Origin: Antedon mediterranea
Lineage: Eukaryota > Animalia > Echinodermata
Direction of reading: 5' to 3'
Assembly (NCBI RefSeq): GCF_964355755.1
Contig: NC_092672.1
Location: 38,508,437-38,572,436, forward strand
Length of the DNA stretch: 64,000 bases
Below the pieces are notes generated by a model. It worked only from the letters and a program-made list of their open reading frames with translations, was not told where the DNA came from and did no database searches. Both the position numbers and the translations under genes were made by a program. Below are positions 26,101 to 38,700 of the stretch, one piece after another. Positions within the stretch are counted from its first letter, which is position 1; each line of letters begins with the position of its first letter.

Positions 26101-28828
26101 GGGAATTTCGAAGCTAGTGCATTTCACAACATCCGGGTGTTGAATTTGCAGAAATATTGACAAAACTTCATCCTTTATTATTTTGAAAATCTAGAAGAAA
26201 AAAAAAAGCAAATGGATGTAATTATTAATCTTTATTTGGACATTTTTTTTTTTTGTTATCGATCTAACAAGGTTTGTTCACCTTTCGTTTTGTATCATCA
26301 GAAATTAATGACATCTGATTGGTCATTACCATCACCTGATCTAACAAACTAGATTCATACGAAATGTTGCTAAGCAATGAACGCTGTTTCTGCAACGCAG
26401 ATTGATAGGAGAATCCAAATGAAGTCCTTGAATGAAAAACATTAAATATTAATATTATATAAAATAAACTATTAAAATTGTTTATGGTACTAACTCTATA
26501 CCGAACTAACCCACAACCATACGACCACTACTATACGGTACTACTTACGCATAAACTAGACCCGCTGGCGCCAAGAAACAAGCTAAAATGGACCCACAAC
26601 CATACGACCACTACTATACGGTACTACTTACGCATAAACTAGACCCGCTGGCGCCAAGAAACAAGCTAAAATGGACCCACAACCATACGACCACTACTAT
26701 ACGGTACTACTTACGCATAAACTAGACCCGCTGGCGCCAAGAAACAAGCTAAAATGGACCCACCACCATACGACCACTACTATACGGTACTACTTACGCA
26801 TAAACTAGACCCGCTGGTGCCAAGAAACAAGCTAAAATGGACCCACAACCATACGACCACTACTATACGGTACTACTTACGCATAAACTAGACCCGCTGG
26901 CGCCAAGAAACAAGCTAAAATGGACCCACCACCATACGACCACTACTATACGGTACTACTTACGCATAAACTAGACCCGCTGGTGCCAAGAAACAAGCTA
27001 AAATGGACCCACAACCATACGACCACTACTATACGGTACTACTTACGCATAAACTAGACCCGCTGGTGCCAAGAAACAAGCTAAAATGGACCCACAACCA
27101 TACGACCACTACTATACGGTACTACTTACGCATAAACTAGACCCGCTGGCGCCAAGAAACAAGCTAAAATGGACCCACCACCATACGACCACTACTATAC
27201 GGTACTACTTACGCATAAACTAGACCCGCTGGTGCCAAGAAACAAGCTAAAATGGACCCACAACCATACGACCACTACTATACGGTACTACTTACGCATA
27301 AACTAGACCCGCTGGTGCCAAGAAACAAGCTAAAATGGACCCACAACCATACGACCACTACTATACGGTACTACTTACGCATAAACTAGACCCGCTGGCG
27401 CCAAGAAACAAGCTAAAAAAAGCAAAACAAATTATAATACAGTATTAATACAAAATGCGAACATTTTCTAATATCATGAAGAACAACAATAAGCGTCTGG
27501 ATGTTGAATTGCCTTTATATTACTCAGAGAGAAATTCTGAGAAGGATAGAGATTGATTATTGATGGATGTTGTCAACGTCAATAGCATCCGCCAGGAGAA
27601 GGGCGTGGAATATTATAGGCCTACACGAATTACCACTCCTTTAAAAAAAATAACTCTTACCAATAGCGTCGTTCACATCTGGTGTGCCATGAGGGAACCT
27701 CTCAGATGGCCAAAAATAGCCAACAAGAGGAGAGTAAAGGAACAGAACGACAGGACAGAAGCCTAGTGACAACAAAGCTGGACCAGAGATCATCATCAAA
27801 GGTAGAGGTCTGTTAGAATATCCGTCCATACTGTCTATTACAACTAAGTCATCATACGTCAAAACTGAAAAGAAACAAGTTAATATACTACATTGGTGTC
27901 GTCAATTATCATCGATTATCGCAATCTTCAGATCATTTCGTCATCATAAATTCTGTTAATCATCCTCATCATCATCCTCACCATCATCAACATCTTCATC
28001 AATTATGTTCGTCATCAACATCTTCATCAATTATGTTCATCATCATCAATTCTTTTCATCAACATGGGCCATCATCAATTCAGTTCATCATCATCATCGC
28101 CGTCAACATCTTCATCAATTCTGTTCATCATCATCATCAATTCAGTTCATCATAATCACCATCATCATCATCAACATCTTCATCAATTCTTTTCATAATC
28201 ACCATGAACATCACCATCATCATAAATTATGTTGTTCATCACCATCAATTTTGTTCATCATCATCATCACCACAAAAGTTACATTAGCATTGCATACACG
28301 ATTGTGGGGCAATCTCGTCAATAAATTTCTTTTGTTGCGCAAATTGTTGATCATCTTTTGCTTCGGAAAGTCCTAAATGTTGCGACATTCCTCTCACACT
28401 TGGACGTGATAGAAATTTCCATTGTAAACTGCGTTGTCTTTTCCTTGAGTAGCGTTTGTATGCTGAGCGGAACATTAACACCAGCAATCCTAAAATGACA
28501 AATTGCATGTTAAAACACCACCGAACATAAAAACTACTGGAAAAACAAAACAAAACACAGCTTTATAGTTCGCGCGAATAAATATCCGCGCGAACATTCA
28601 TGAGCTCTGATTGGTTGCGCATTTTTTGCGTCACAAATTGGTAGATACAAATATTAACGATCCACGTTGAAAACGGGCTTAAGGAAGGCACATACCAAGT
28701 AAAATGCTTAGACAGAGAATGGCCGGAGGAATAACAATTTCAACTTCTGACGGTCGAATTTCTCCCTCTGAAAATGGAACTTCTTCATCAGTAATCTCTG
28801 CCTCTGGTTCTGGCTCAGGTTCTGCCAT
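23199..28828 (-). CDS. Multi-pass membrane protein, about 434 aa, DUF4239/bestrophin-like (10 coding exons)
   Basis: Exons 28828-28696, 28489-28298, 27864-27661, 27412-27379 (one of 11 copies), 26426-26282, 26190-26077, 25978-25913, 25191-25048, 23758-23648, 23360-23199. All are GT-AG, phases match, total 1305 nt. Translation: MAEPEPEP..AILCLSILLGLLVLMFRSAYKR..DVNDAIACFLAPAGLVYATSFGFSYQ..ISYESSLL..HIQPFQWVFLE..VVSDLDSAFNGFFTVRLDAL. The family call rests on recalled motifs (VYA..GF, P..W, DLDxxFxG). Confidence 0.85.
23787..23950. mobile_element. Degenerate MITE family A copy
   Basis: GTCTATACTATCAAACT...GATGTGCCCAAATATGGTAGTGATAT...GTCACATAAAGTTTGATA. Confidence 0.7.
23992..24150. repeat. G-rich 11-bp tandem repeat (GGTTGGTGGTG)n, intronic
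   Basis: Direct reading. Source of the PTTNPP and VVGWW pseudo-ORFs. Confidence 0.95.
24885..25030. repeat. About 65-bp tandem repeat, about 2.3 copies
   Basis: CTTGTGTGTGGACA..CACTTGC..TATTGCGCAATATTG..CAACCTCCAGTCGTA repeated. Confidence 0.75.
25425..25628. repeat. 38-bp minisatellite, about 5 copies
   Basis: ACAAATAAACTATACTGACTAATTACAATAAGACACAA repeated. Confidence 0.92.
26509..27418 (-). repeat. 83-bp tandem array x11, each unit carrying a complete 34-nt coding exon with splice sites
   Basis: Unit starts at 26509+83n (n=0-10). Minus strand reads TTTTAG|CTTGTTTCTTGGC(G/A)CCAGCGGGTCTAGTTTATGC|GTAAGT. Confidence 0.95.
27940..28272. repeat. Degenerate (CAT)n low-complexity tract, intronic
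   Basis: CATCATCAATT-like repeats between exons 2 and 3 of the minus-strand gene. Confidence 0.85.
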
Positions 28829-29293
28829 TATGATTCTGGTAAGACTAAAAAATGATAAATTACGTTAAAATAATGATGGAAAACATCGAATTTTTGCTCA
28901 ATAAAATTTTACTTAATGTAGAGCCAATCGTTGGAAGCAGTAACCTAGACAACAATGTGTACAATGACGAAATAATTCCACGAGTTTGCCGATCTTTAGT
29001 GATTCAGGTGAAACCGATAATTAATTAAATAATAATGCAACGATATTTAGTCATATAGGGGCCCGGTATAAGGTTTTATGACATAAAATGATGTAAAGTA
29101 CATGTTATTAAGATGCTTTAGTCCTAGATTTAACTTACAGTATATCTATTTTTCTTTCTAGAAACAAGTTAAAATCAGTTAAAATAATACCAATGCTGCG
29201 TTCTACCTAATAAAGTTAAGTTTAGTTAAAGTTTTCAAGTACTAGACATTTTCTTTATTAATGTACATGTGAGCCACAACAATAGATTGGAAT

Positions 29294-30612
29294 ATCCATA
29301 CTTCCATCCATTGGTATGATGAAAAGGTTACGCGGTGGGCATTATAATATTACAGACTTACATCCATACTTCCATCCATTGGTATGATGAAAAGGTTACG
29401 CGGGGGGCATTATAATATTACAGACTTACATCCATACTTCCATCCATTGGTATGATGAAAAGGTTACGCGGGGGGCATTATAATATTACAGACTTACATC
29501 CATACTTCCATCCATTGGTATGATGAAACGGTTACGCGGTGGGCATTATAATATTACAGACTTACATCCATACTTCCATCCATTGGTATGATGAAAAGGT
29601 TACGCGGGGGGCATTATAATATTACAGACTTACATCCATACTTCCATCCATTGGTATGATGAAAAGGTTACGCGGGGGGGGGGGGGGGCATTATAATATT
29701 ACAGACTTACATCCATACTTCCATCCATTGGTATGATGAAAAGGTTACGCGGGGGGCATTATAATATTACAGACTTACATCCATACTTCCATCCATTGGT
29801 ATGATGAAAAGGTTACGCTGTGGGCCGGCATTATAATATTACAGACTTACATCCATACTTCCATCCATTGGTATGATGAAAAGGTTACGCGGGAGGAATT
29901 ATAATATTACAGACTTACATCCATACTTCCATCCATTGGTATGATGAAACGGTTACGCGGTGGGCATTATAATATTACAGACTTACATCCATACTTCCAT
30001 CCATTGGTATGATGAAACGGTTACGCGGTGGGCATTATAATATTACAGACTTACATCCATACTTCCATCCATTGGTATGATGAAAAGGTTACGCGGGGGG
30101 CATTATAATATTACAGACTTACATCCATACTTCCATCCATTGGTATGATGAAAAGGTTACGCGGGGGGGGGGGGCATTATAATATTACAGACTTACATCC
30201 ATACTTCCATCCATTGGTATGATGAAAAGGTTACGCGGGGGGCATTATAATATTACAGACTTACATCCATACTTCCATCCATTGGTATGCATGATGAAAA
30301 GGTTACGCGGTGGGCATTATAATATTACAGACTTACATTCATACTTCCATCCATTGGTATGATGAAAAGGTTACGCGGGAGGCATTATAATATTACAGAC
30401 TTACATCCATACTTCCATCCATTGGTATGATGAAAAGGTTACGCTGTGGGCCGGCATTATAATATTACAGACTTACATCCATACTTCCATCCATTGGTAT
30501 GATGAAAAGGTTACGCGGGGGGAATTATAATATTACAGACTTACATCCATACTTCCATCCATTGTTATGATGAAAAGGTTACGCGGTGGGTATTATAATA
30601 TTACAGACTTAC
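29294..30612. repeat. 68-bp minisatellite x19 with a variable G-run; each unit has GTAAGT on the minus strand
   Basis: ATCCATACTTCCATCCATTGGTATGATGAAAAGGTTACGCG(G)nCATTATAATATTACAGACTTAC. Confidence 0.96.
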
Positions 30613-31879
30613 AAATACGATTCTTAAAAATCTATCATGAAATATAACCGGAGTTTTGTCATAAACTCAGAAGAAATCTTATATTATGAAGAACAAACTT
30701 GTTCACAATAATTCACTATTGGAATGCCCTGCCTTAACTGAAATCGCCCTCAAAACCCTTAAAATTAAGGGAATCCCGATTATACTATTATTAGAGACAA
30801 CCCTCTTTTGTTCGTAAATCCATGTCGGAACTCCTTCGATTATTATCATTAATCGCTGTCTGTTGTATTGTATAAACGTCGACGTCGTTTATACAAAAAT
30901 GCAACAGAGGTTTACCCGATCTTTTTTTACCTGATCAGGTCCAAAAAGTAAGGAAAACCATTTGTATTTACTATATTCCTACTTTTACAAACATAAATTA
31001 TTAAATGAAAATAAACAAATAACATAAAAAAGTAAAGTAGCTGAAAAAAGTAAAGCTTACCACCAAATGTAATAGTAAGTCTATGCCTATTTATAATAAT
31101 ATGCATTCATGTTGTGTCACACTGCTGCCAACAATCGAAACAATAACATTGTAACCAGGAGAAACTGGCAACGAAACTAACGCACACACGCGATATGTTA
31201 CTTAGCTACTTATATGACGTACTACGCCCTGTATCAAAATTACGCGCACATCCCATTTCAAATTCTTCATAGAAAAAACATTGGATTTAGGCCCCATTTA
31301 GGTTCATATAAAATAATAATTACTACTAGGCCTATTACAACTGCTTGTAGGCCTACTTCAATTCCTTTACAACATTCAAATGTTAGGTGATAGTGTATAC
31401 CTTGAAGTTACCATAAAATTGAATCGCCGCGTAATGTTTACTTTATATTTATAATTATTGGTATCGTATTTTTCCTAAATAAACAATTCCTGCATTCTGA
31501 TCCTGAAACAGGAAATAAGTACATACGAAACTAAACTGAATGTATCCTGTATATTTTGTTTATACCACCAAGGAAGAGTGGAATTACAATTTCACTCTTT
31601 CCTGGTTACTATATATAACCATGTTTGATGAGAAACTTGGCGTATACACCTGATTCACCTGAAAAACAAAGTTGTGGCTGTGAATTAAAACAGCTTCCTA
31701 TTATCTGCTAAAACTAAAATGATGTTTTTAAATAGAAACTTCAACTTGAGAACATGTGTAACTGCGATGTACTTACTTAACTGTTTATTATTATTAATTC
31801 TGTATCTGTATTTAAAATGTAATTGTACTTGTATGTCTTTCTATAATCTAAAAAAAAGAAAAAAAAATGTTTGTAACTA

Positions 31880-32062
31880 AAGCTTGGTTCCCACACTAGC
31901 GACGCAACACAAGGACGTAACGCAACGCAAGTGAATTGACCAATCACAAGCGATGGCTTATTCGCTTGTGATTGCTAACTGTCTATAACTTCGCTTGTCA
32001 TTGGTTAAAACGCTTGCGTTGCGTTTACGCCCTTGCGTTACGTTCTAGTGAGAACCAAGCTT
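31880..32062. mobile_element. MITE family B (TIR AAGCTTGGTTC, TA flanks)
   Basis: TA|AAGCTTGGTTCCCAC..CTAG...CTAGTGAGAACCAAGCTT|TA with a palindromic body. Confidence 0.85.
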
Positions 32063-32204
32063 TATGACTATTCACTATTATGCATGCCTTTTTGTTAATC
32101 ATGGACCATTTGTAAGAACATTATTTTTAATGAAAATGTCATCCATGTAAAATAAGTTTATAAATAAATAAATAAATAAATAAATCTGCATGTATCATAC
32201 TAGT

Positions 32205-32338
32205 CACTAACCGCGACGTAATAATCAATTTAACCAATCACAAGCGATGGATTATCCAAATTTTCGCTTGTGATTGGTCAACTTGCTTGCGTTGCCCTTA
32301 CTACGTCCTTGCGTTGCGTTCTAGTGGGAACCAAGCTT
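32205..32338. mobile_element. MITE family B, partial copy
   Basis: ACCAATCACAAGCGATGGATTAT...GCGTTGCGTTCTAGTGGGAACCAAGCTT|TA. Confidence 0.75.
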
Positions 32339-32540
32339 TACATACGACGTATTATTAGTACATATATAAGTATCGAGTTGTTCAGGTGGCTCACATTGAT
32401 TCCAGGTACGTGGTAGGACCGGGGCTGTTTTCGTTGGATTTACAAAAGGTTATGAACTGGGCTTGGTCCTCGTAAATCCGCCTTTGTGGATTTAGTATCC
32501 AACGATTCATATCCTACATCTTAAAAGTGGGACGTTGCTA

Positions 32541-32666
32541 ATTTGCATACATCGGTATCGATTTGTGTCGTCATAAGCTAGCTCCTATTGGTCCGCAAAA
32601 GTACTTTTCTAAACGTTTCATTTGCATATTTCCGCCTGTTAATCCAAAGTGAGTGAGTACTATAAA
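32541..32666 (+). promoter_or_regulatory. Putative proximal promoter of the factor B-like gene (two octamers, CCAAT, TATA)
   Basis: ATTTGCAT at 32541 and 32620, ATTGG at about 32587, TATAAA at 32661, about 120 bp before the ATG. Confidence 0.5.
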
Positions 32667-32782
32667 GCCTTGATATACAATCACTACTTTTGATTAAGAT
32701 TATAGTTGATTATGGTTCCGTCGTGTCTGTAGATTACTCTTTGTTTTAATAGAATATCAATATTGGATTTAGACAATACAGA

Positions 32783-35700
32783 ATGTTGTTGCGACTTGTC
32801 TTGTTAGCAACGATTTGTTACCACCGGCGGGTAATTGGCCAGAGCAGTGTGAATAGACAACACAATGGTAAGTATTACTAGTAGGCCTATAAAGGAAAAG
32901 GAGGGAGGATTTGTATCTTTATCAACTCAGAATAAACAACTTGAAGTGAATGTCAACAAAATACACGAAGAACTTGTAGGAGGCTGATTAGACTTCCCCC
33001 AAACCTTTATTGTCTTTTATGTTAGTCAACCACTCGACGTTTCGATTTTTGTCGGAAAATATATATTATATTATACGTATAAAACATCATAAGTGCCTAA
33101 ATATTTAACTTTAATAATTACGGTCTAGAACCTAGTCTAGAGGCTGGTTTGTGCAGGTGCTGATGAAGACTCTTGAACCGAAAGAGTCGGATCGGATCGT
33201 AAGTATGGTGAAATATTGATGAAACAGATTTAAAGTAAGAAAATGAAGAAGCAATGCAAGGTGTTAAATTGGTGATGCTAAATAATAAAGTAAAATAATA
33301 TAAGTAAACATATTTAATTATCCATCCATAAATTAAAGTTTAATTGTTTCAGAGTACTGAATTTGTTTTCACCATTGTCAACATAATCGTTATTGTCGTC
33401 TGTTACTGTTATTATACACAATCTAGCCTGCGCCGTGGATTCATCAGAAAGTGACTACGCGCCGTTACCAGGTGATGAGTCGTACTCGTTTTCAGCAAGT
33501 GTGTCCTCCACTGATAATACTCCGAAAGAAGGAGGAGGTTGTATGAGAGACGCTTACTGTGACACGGAGACCTCAACATGCATCTGTAAAGACGGCTTTG
33601 ATGGAGATGGTGTCATTTGTACACGTGAGTGATTTATTCATAATGCTTGTCGAGGCAGAGGCACCGCACCGTAAAAACCATAGGAAACCAATCGGCACGG
33701 GTTCAAAGCTCTAAAATGGTTCTCGTGGTAGAGCTATGGAGCTATAAATTAAATGTTATAGTATTGGATATAGTATGGCTCTAGGATATACTGTAGGAAC
33801 TGTATATACTGTAGAATTTTAGTTATGATATTAACAAGAATGTCGCCCTCTATAGCTGCACCACAACGTGCACTAGTTCCCGTATGCCTCTAATATTAAA
33901 AATGGTTTTACTATAAACATTCATTTGAACTTTCTAGATGCAATGAATTTTCATTATTTTTCGATAAAATGAAAGTGTTTTAAATATTGTTTTTTTCAAA
34001 CGAGCAAAAATTAAAATTAAAATTACGTACAAACGTTTGTAAATATATATAGGCCAAATCAGACAGACAGTTTTATTTAGGTCGTCGGGAGAATTTTAAA
34101 CATTTTTAAACTTCTTTCTACGAGACGACTCGTCGGGCCTCGTCGTACAACGCTGTCCGAGTTGGCTTTAAGCATATGGATGGAAATAGCGCTTAAACTT
34201 GATGATTTGATAAAACTTGATGATTTGATAAAACTTGATGATTTGATAAAACTCGATGATTTGATAAATTAGAATTCATTTTAGACTTCTATTTTCCTTC
34301 TATTATTATTATTATCATCATCATTTTATTTATTAATAAAAAAAATGTAAATTTTGAAATCTTAATTTACAAAGCATTGGCAACATGCCAATGGCCAAAA
34401 CGAGTACATCACGGTAACTGGACAAGATTAGGAGAAGACAGAGAAACCAAAGAAATGTATCCAGGAGATCGCATTAAATATTCCTGCAAACATGGGTATG
34501 CAATCAAACGTAATAGTGGACAGAAAGTACGAACATGCATGTCAACTGGACAATGGGATCTCAAGAAACCAGTTTGTGTTGGTAAGTCTATTTATGTAAA
34601 AACATAATAATAAATAGATACAGTAACATTTTAATGAAAAGGAGGGATGTGGTATTCATTCATTCATTTGGTCAAAATCATTGTCAACTATGTACACAAA
34701 ACAACAAGAAAATTACACATAAAATGGAGTTAAAAGGGTATAAAACTGCAATAAAACAATAAAAAGCAGAAAGCGTGAGTTAAAATATTGAGGCATTACA
34801 GTCATAAAAGATTATAGTATAAATGAAAGATAATTCGAATGACTAATGTTCAATGGGATTATTAGAATGATAGATGAATTATTTTATGAAACTACAGTTA
34901 AAATAATTCTAAAGTTTTGAGTGAATCAAATGGGTCACATGCATGATAATGCGCGATGCATTTCTGAGCACCACACCTCTGTCACTCATGCCAACAGTAT
35001 GCAAATTAATTAAATATGTTAATTAGAGAATATGGAATGTTTCGAAAGAAACATAAATGATGAATTATTAATTTTAGTGGCAAAGTGTGATGCGCCAGAG
35101 GTGAACATTACCAACGGGAACTCTACAGCACTTGCTGGTACAAAGTATCCAAGAGATCACATCATATTATACTCGTGTTTCCCGGGTTACAGGATCAACG
35201 GCGGAAGTTCGGAACTGATATGCATATCTGACGATTCCTTAAGTGGAGAATGGAGTGATCCGACTCCAACGTGTGAAGGTATAAAATATTCCTATACTTA
35301 AGCTCTGTTTACACTATCAAACTTTATGTGACGAAAAATATATATCCATATATGGACATAAAAATGTTATATAACTACCATATTTGGGCACACTTTTTTG
35401 TCAAACTTGTTTGATAATGTAGACAGAGCTTATAACTTAGGCCTACTCATGTGTAATTCCAATACATTTATTAATGAACGGATTGCATATGAATGTTTTT
35501 AAACCAACATTGCAGAGAAGAATTGATCATAGTAACATTTATTTATTTATTTACATTACAATATTCCTTTCGGTGAAACATAAAAATAAAAAGTGAGCAC
35601 TGAGGAGAGACAATAGAGGTCAAGGACAACTATCGCCAAAGGGCGTGTCTCTCCAAATATAATAAGTTACAGGACAGGAAACTATGTTCTTATGTTAAAA

Positions 35701-38700
35701 AATTACTGCAGTATTGCCTTTGACTTAATAATTTAAACTGCATTTTATTACAGTAATACAATGTTACGACGTTGGATACCCAGAGAATGCCAATCGAATA
35801 GGCAACCCCCCATACTTTATTGGAGATGAAGTCAAATTTAGATGTATGAGTGGTTACGATCTTATTGGCTCGAGTTCCCGTACTTGCCAACCAAACGGAA
35901 AATGGAGTGGTTACCTCACAATATGTGACAACGGCGGTAAATGAAATGAAAGCAATTTTTTATTATTATTATTATTTTTATTCTCATTTTAGGCAAATTT
36001 CCAAGGATTACCACAAGTGAATTCATTCACTATCCTTCTCAAAGGTGGCAATCCTGTTCACAAGACAAACATATACACAAGATGCTCTACATAAACAAAG
36101 TCTTATTACAAGTCTTTGAGAGTGGAGTTGTAAAATGTCATGACAAAAAATCCTGACATGACAAGACTTAAACCCAAGACCCTTAGATTGGTAGCCAAGC
36201 ATCATAACCACCAAGCCACAACCTCCAAAATAATTTGCCGGGTGGTGTACACAAATACTAAAGGAGATGATTTGGATTAAATAAGCATTATTATCAAGTC
36301 CAAAGTATATTTACATTATGTAGAAAATAAATAATATCATTTTAGTTTACCTTTTAACTTTAAAATAAAATGTTTTAAAGAAACAACATTTTTTACGCCT
36401 AAATAAAATTCTTATTTTTAGCTGGTGACTGCCGGAATCCAGGTACCCCTATAAATGGACGCAAAGTGGGACGAAGGTACATGCTAGGAGACGTTGTTAC
36501 ATTTAAATGTAACAAAGGATTTGCAATAATTGGTACGAGCGAAAGAACATGCTTAAACACTGGAGCGTGGAGTGGCACACAACCTACATGCCGAGGTATC
36601 ATAAATCGTGGTTACCCCTCTAGAGACGCAACGAAAGGACGTTTGCGCAACGCAAGCGAGTTGACCAATGACAAGCCACTGTTTGAATAATCCATCGCTT
36701 GTGATTGGTCAAATCGCTTACGTTGTGTTGTTACGTCCTTGCGTTGCGTCGCTAGTGATGAGAACCAAGCTTAAGAATTCTTCAAATGTATCTGTCTTTA
36801 ATATTTCAATTTCAATTTATTAAAAAAAGCCTTTAGAAATGGAGATATACATTAAAGTAACAAAACAAAAGCAAAACATTAATACTGTAAACAAAACAAA
36901 AAGAATCAATAAATTCTTTATTGTACAGTGCTTTGTGTTTACAGTAACATATTGACCATGCATGCATAATTCAATCTTTTAATTTTAGGCCCCAGAGACT
37001 ACGATGATCCTGAAAGTATTGCGCAATATTTTGGAAAAACACTTGACAAGTTTCACGAAGACACTGCAATTAGTAGTGACGGTGATTCTAGAGGACGAAC
37101 TATTGATTTGAGTTACGGCGGGCGATTGGAAATCTACATAGCGATCGACGCGTCCGGTAGCATTCGAAAACCAAACTTTGATCACGCCGTTGAATTTGCA
37201 AAAGCTTTAGTTCGGAAAGTAAGTTAAAAAATAGGACATTATCTGCAAATTAATATTACACAAGGCACAGCAAGAATACATTCTAACAATGTATCAAAGT
37301 GGGAAAGAAAAGAGAAAAACAACACTCTATATGTTGCATTCATAATAGGAAAAATGTGTAATATTATATATAGTTTTAAATCAAGTGCAAATCTACGTAT
37401 TATTTCAGACAGGTGTCTCTGGAGGAAGAAAAGGGCCTTGGTACGCCGGTCTTATGTACACCAATACAATAGAGCGAGATAAGTATTTTCATGTAACATC
37501 TACAAGCAAGGAAGACGTTCTTGGTGAATTTGATAGATTTGAATATGAAGAAGGTATTGTCAACCCTACGTTAAACAAAATGTTATTATGAAATACAATT
37601 TTTTTTTTTTTTTTTTTTCTCTTTTGTGGGGGTCACCCACATTTATTCATTCCTTTTACAAATATATATTATATAACATACATACATTTTTATAAAAATA
37701 AAGAACAATAAAATGCAATATAACAGCTAAAAAGGCACTATATCTATACATGTACATAAAATAGATGGAGTAAAAGTATGCTTTAAAAACGTACATTTTA
37801 TGTTTATTGCAAGTTATAGTAAAAGTACAACTATTTATCATTTAAATTTACTTTATATTAAGAAATGTATTAAAAAGTAGCTGTTTCTTTTATTATATCT
37901 TAAATCAGTACTCACAATTTGTTTCTTTATTTCTTTTGACCTTATATTACATCCGTTACAAATATATACACACATACACACATTAATATACCTATTTACA
38001 TTTACGAATCAGTTTAATCTAGTTATTATAAACACATTATATGCTACTTTTTATGTTTTGGCCTTGTATAACATTTGTTTCATTCCACTATTTCTATTCC
38101 TTTAAAGTTCTTTTCTTACTATGTTGGCCCTTTACATTTACCAGTTTGTTTACTTATATGCTTGACCGTGTTTTTCAGTCTATGTTTTACCCTAATACAT
38201 TTATTTCTATCATGTATTAGTTTTAGTATAAGTCTAGGTGTTAGTTTTACACTACAGCTTGTACTAGTTTTATATTTTTCTTATTTTATGAATTCTAATA
38301 ATTTAATTTTAACATCATTCCATTTTATAACTGCTTTATACTGATTACATGCGTATTCATTTTCTATAAGATTTTTTAATTCAAACTTAAACATATTCAA
38401 GATACTTTTTGATTCGTTACCCATCATGTTATCTAATAAACTAAGCCTTATGCGGGATTTGTATATACAAAACGTAAAGATAGATGTTAGCTCATTTACA
38501 AGTTTATCTTTGGAACCAGTAACTATATCAAACCAATGTATTGGCGTTTCATTAGGAAAACATTCAACAATAAGATTATTGAATTTCCTCCAAACTGGCT
38601 TAATCACTTTACACTTAAGTAACATATGTTCTTCGTTTTCTATCACATTCTTACATCTATCGCAAATATTAGTTTTAGACAATTTCCAAATATGTAATCT

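Noticed and set aside
28005-28376. His-rich 123-aa ORF
   Set aside because: (CAT)n intronic low-complexity tract antisense to the real gene.
36170-36226. tRNA gene
   Set aside because: Degenerate boxes, no cloverleaf and a continuing body; interpreted as a SINE head.
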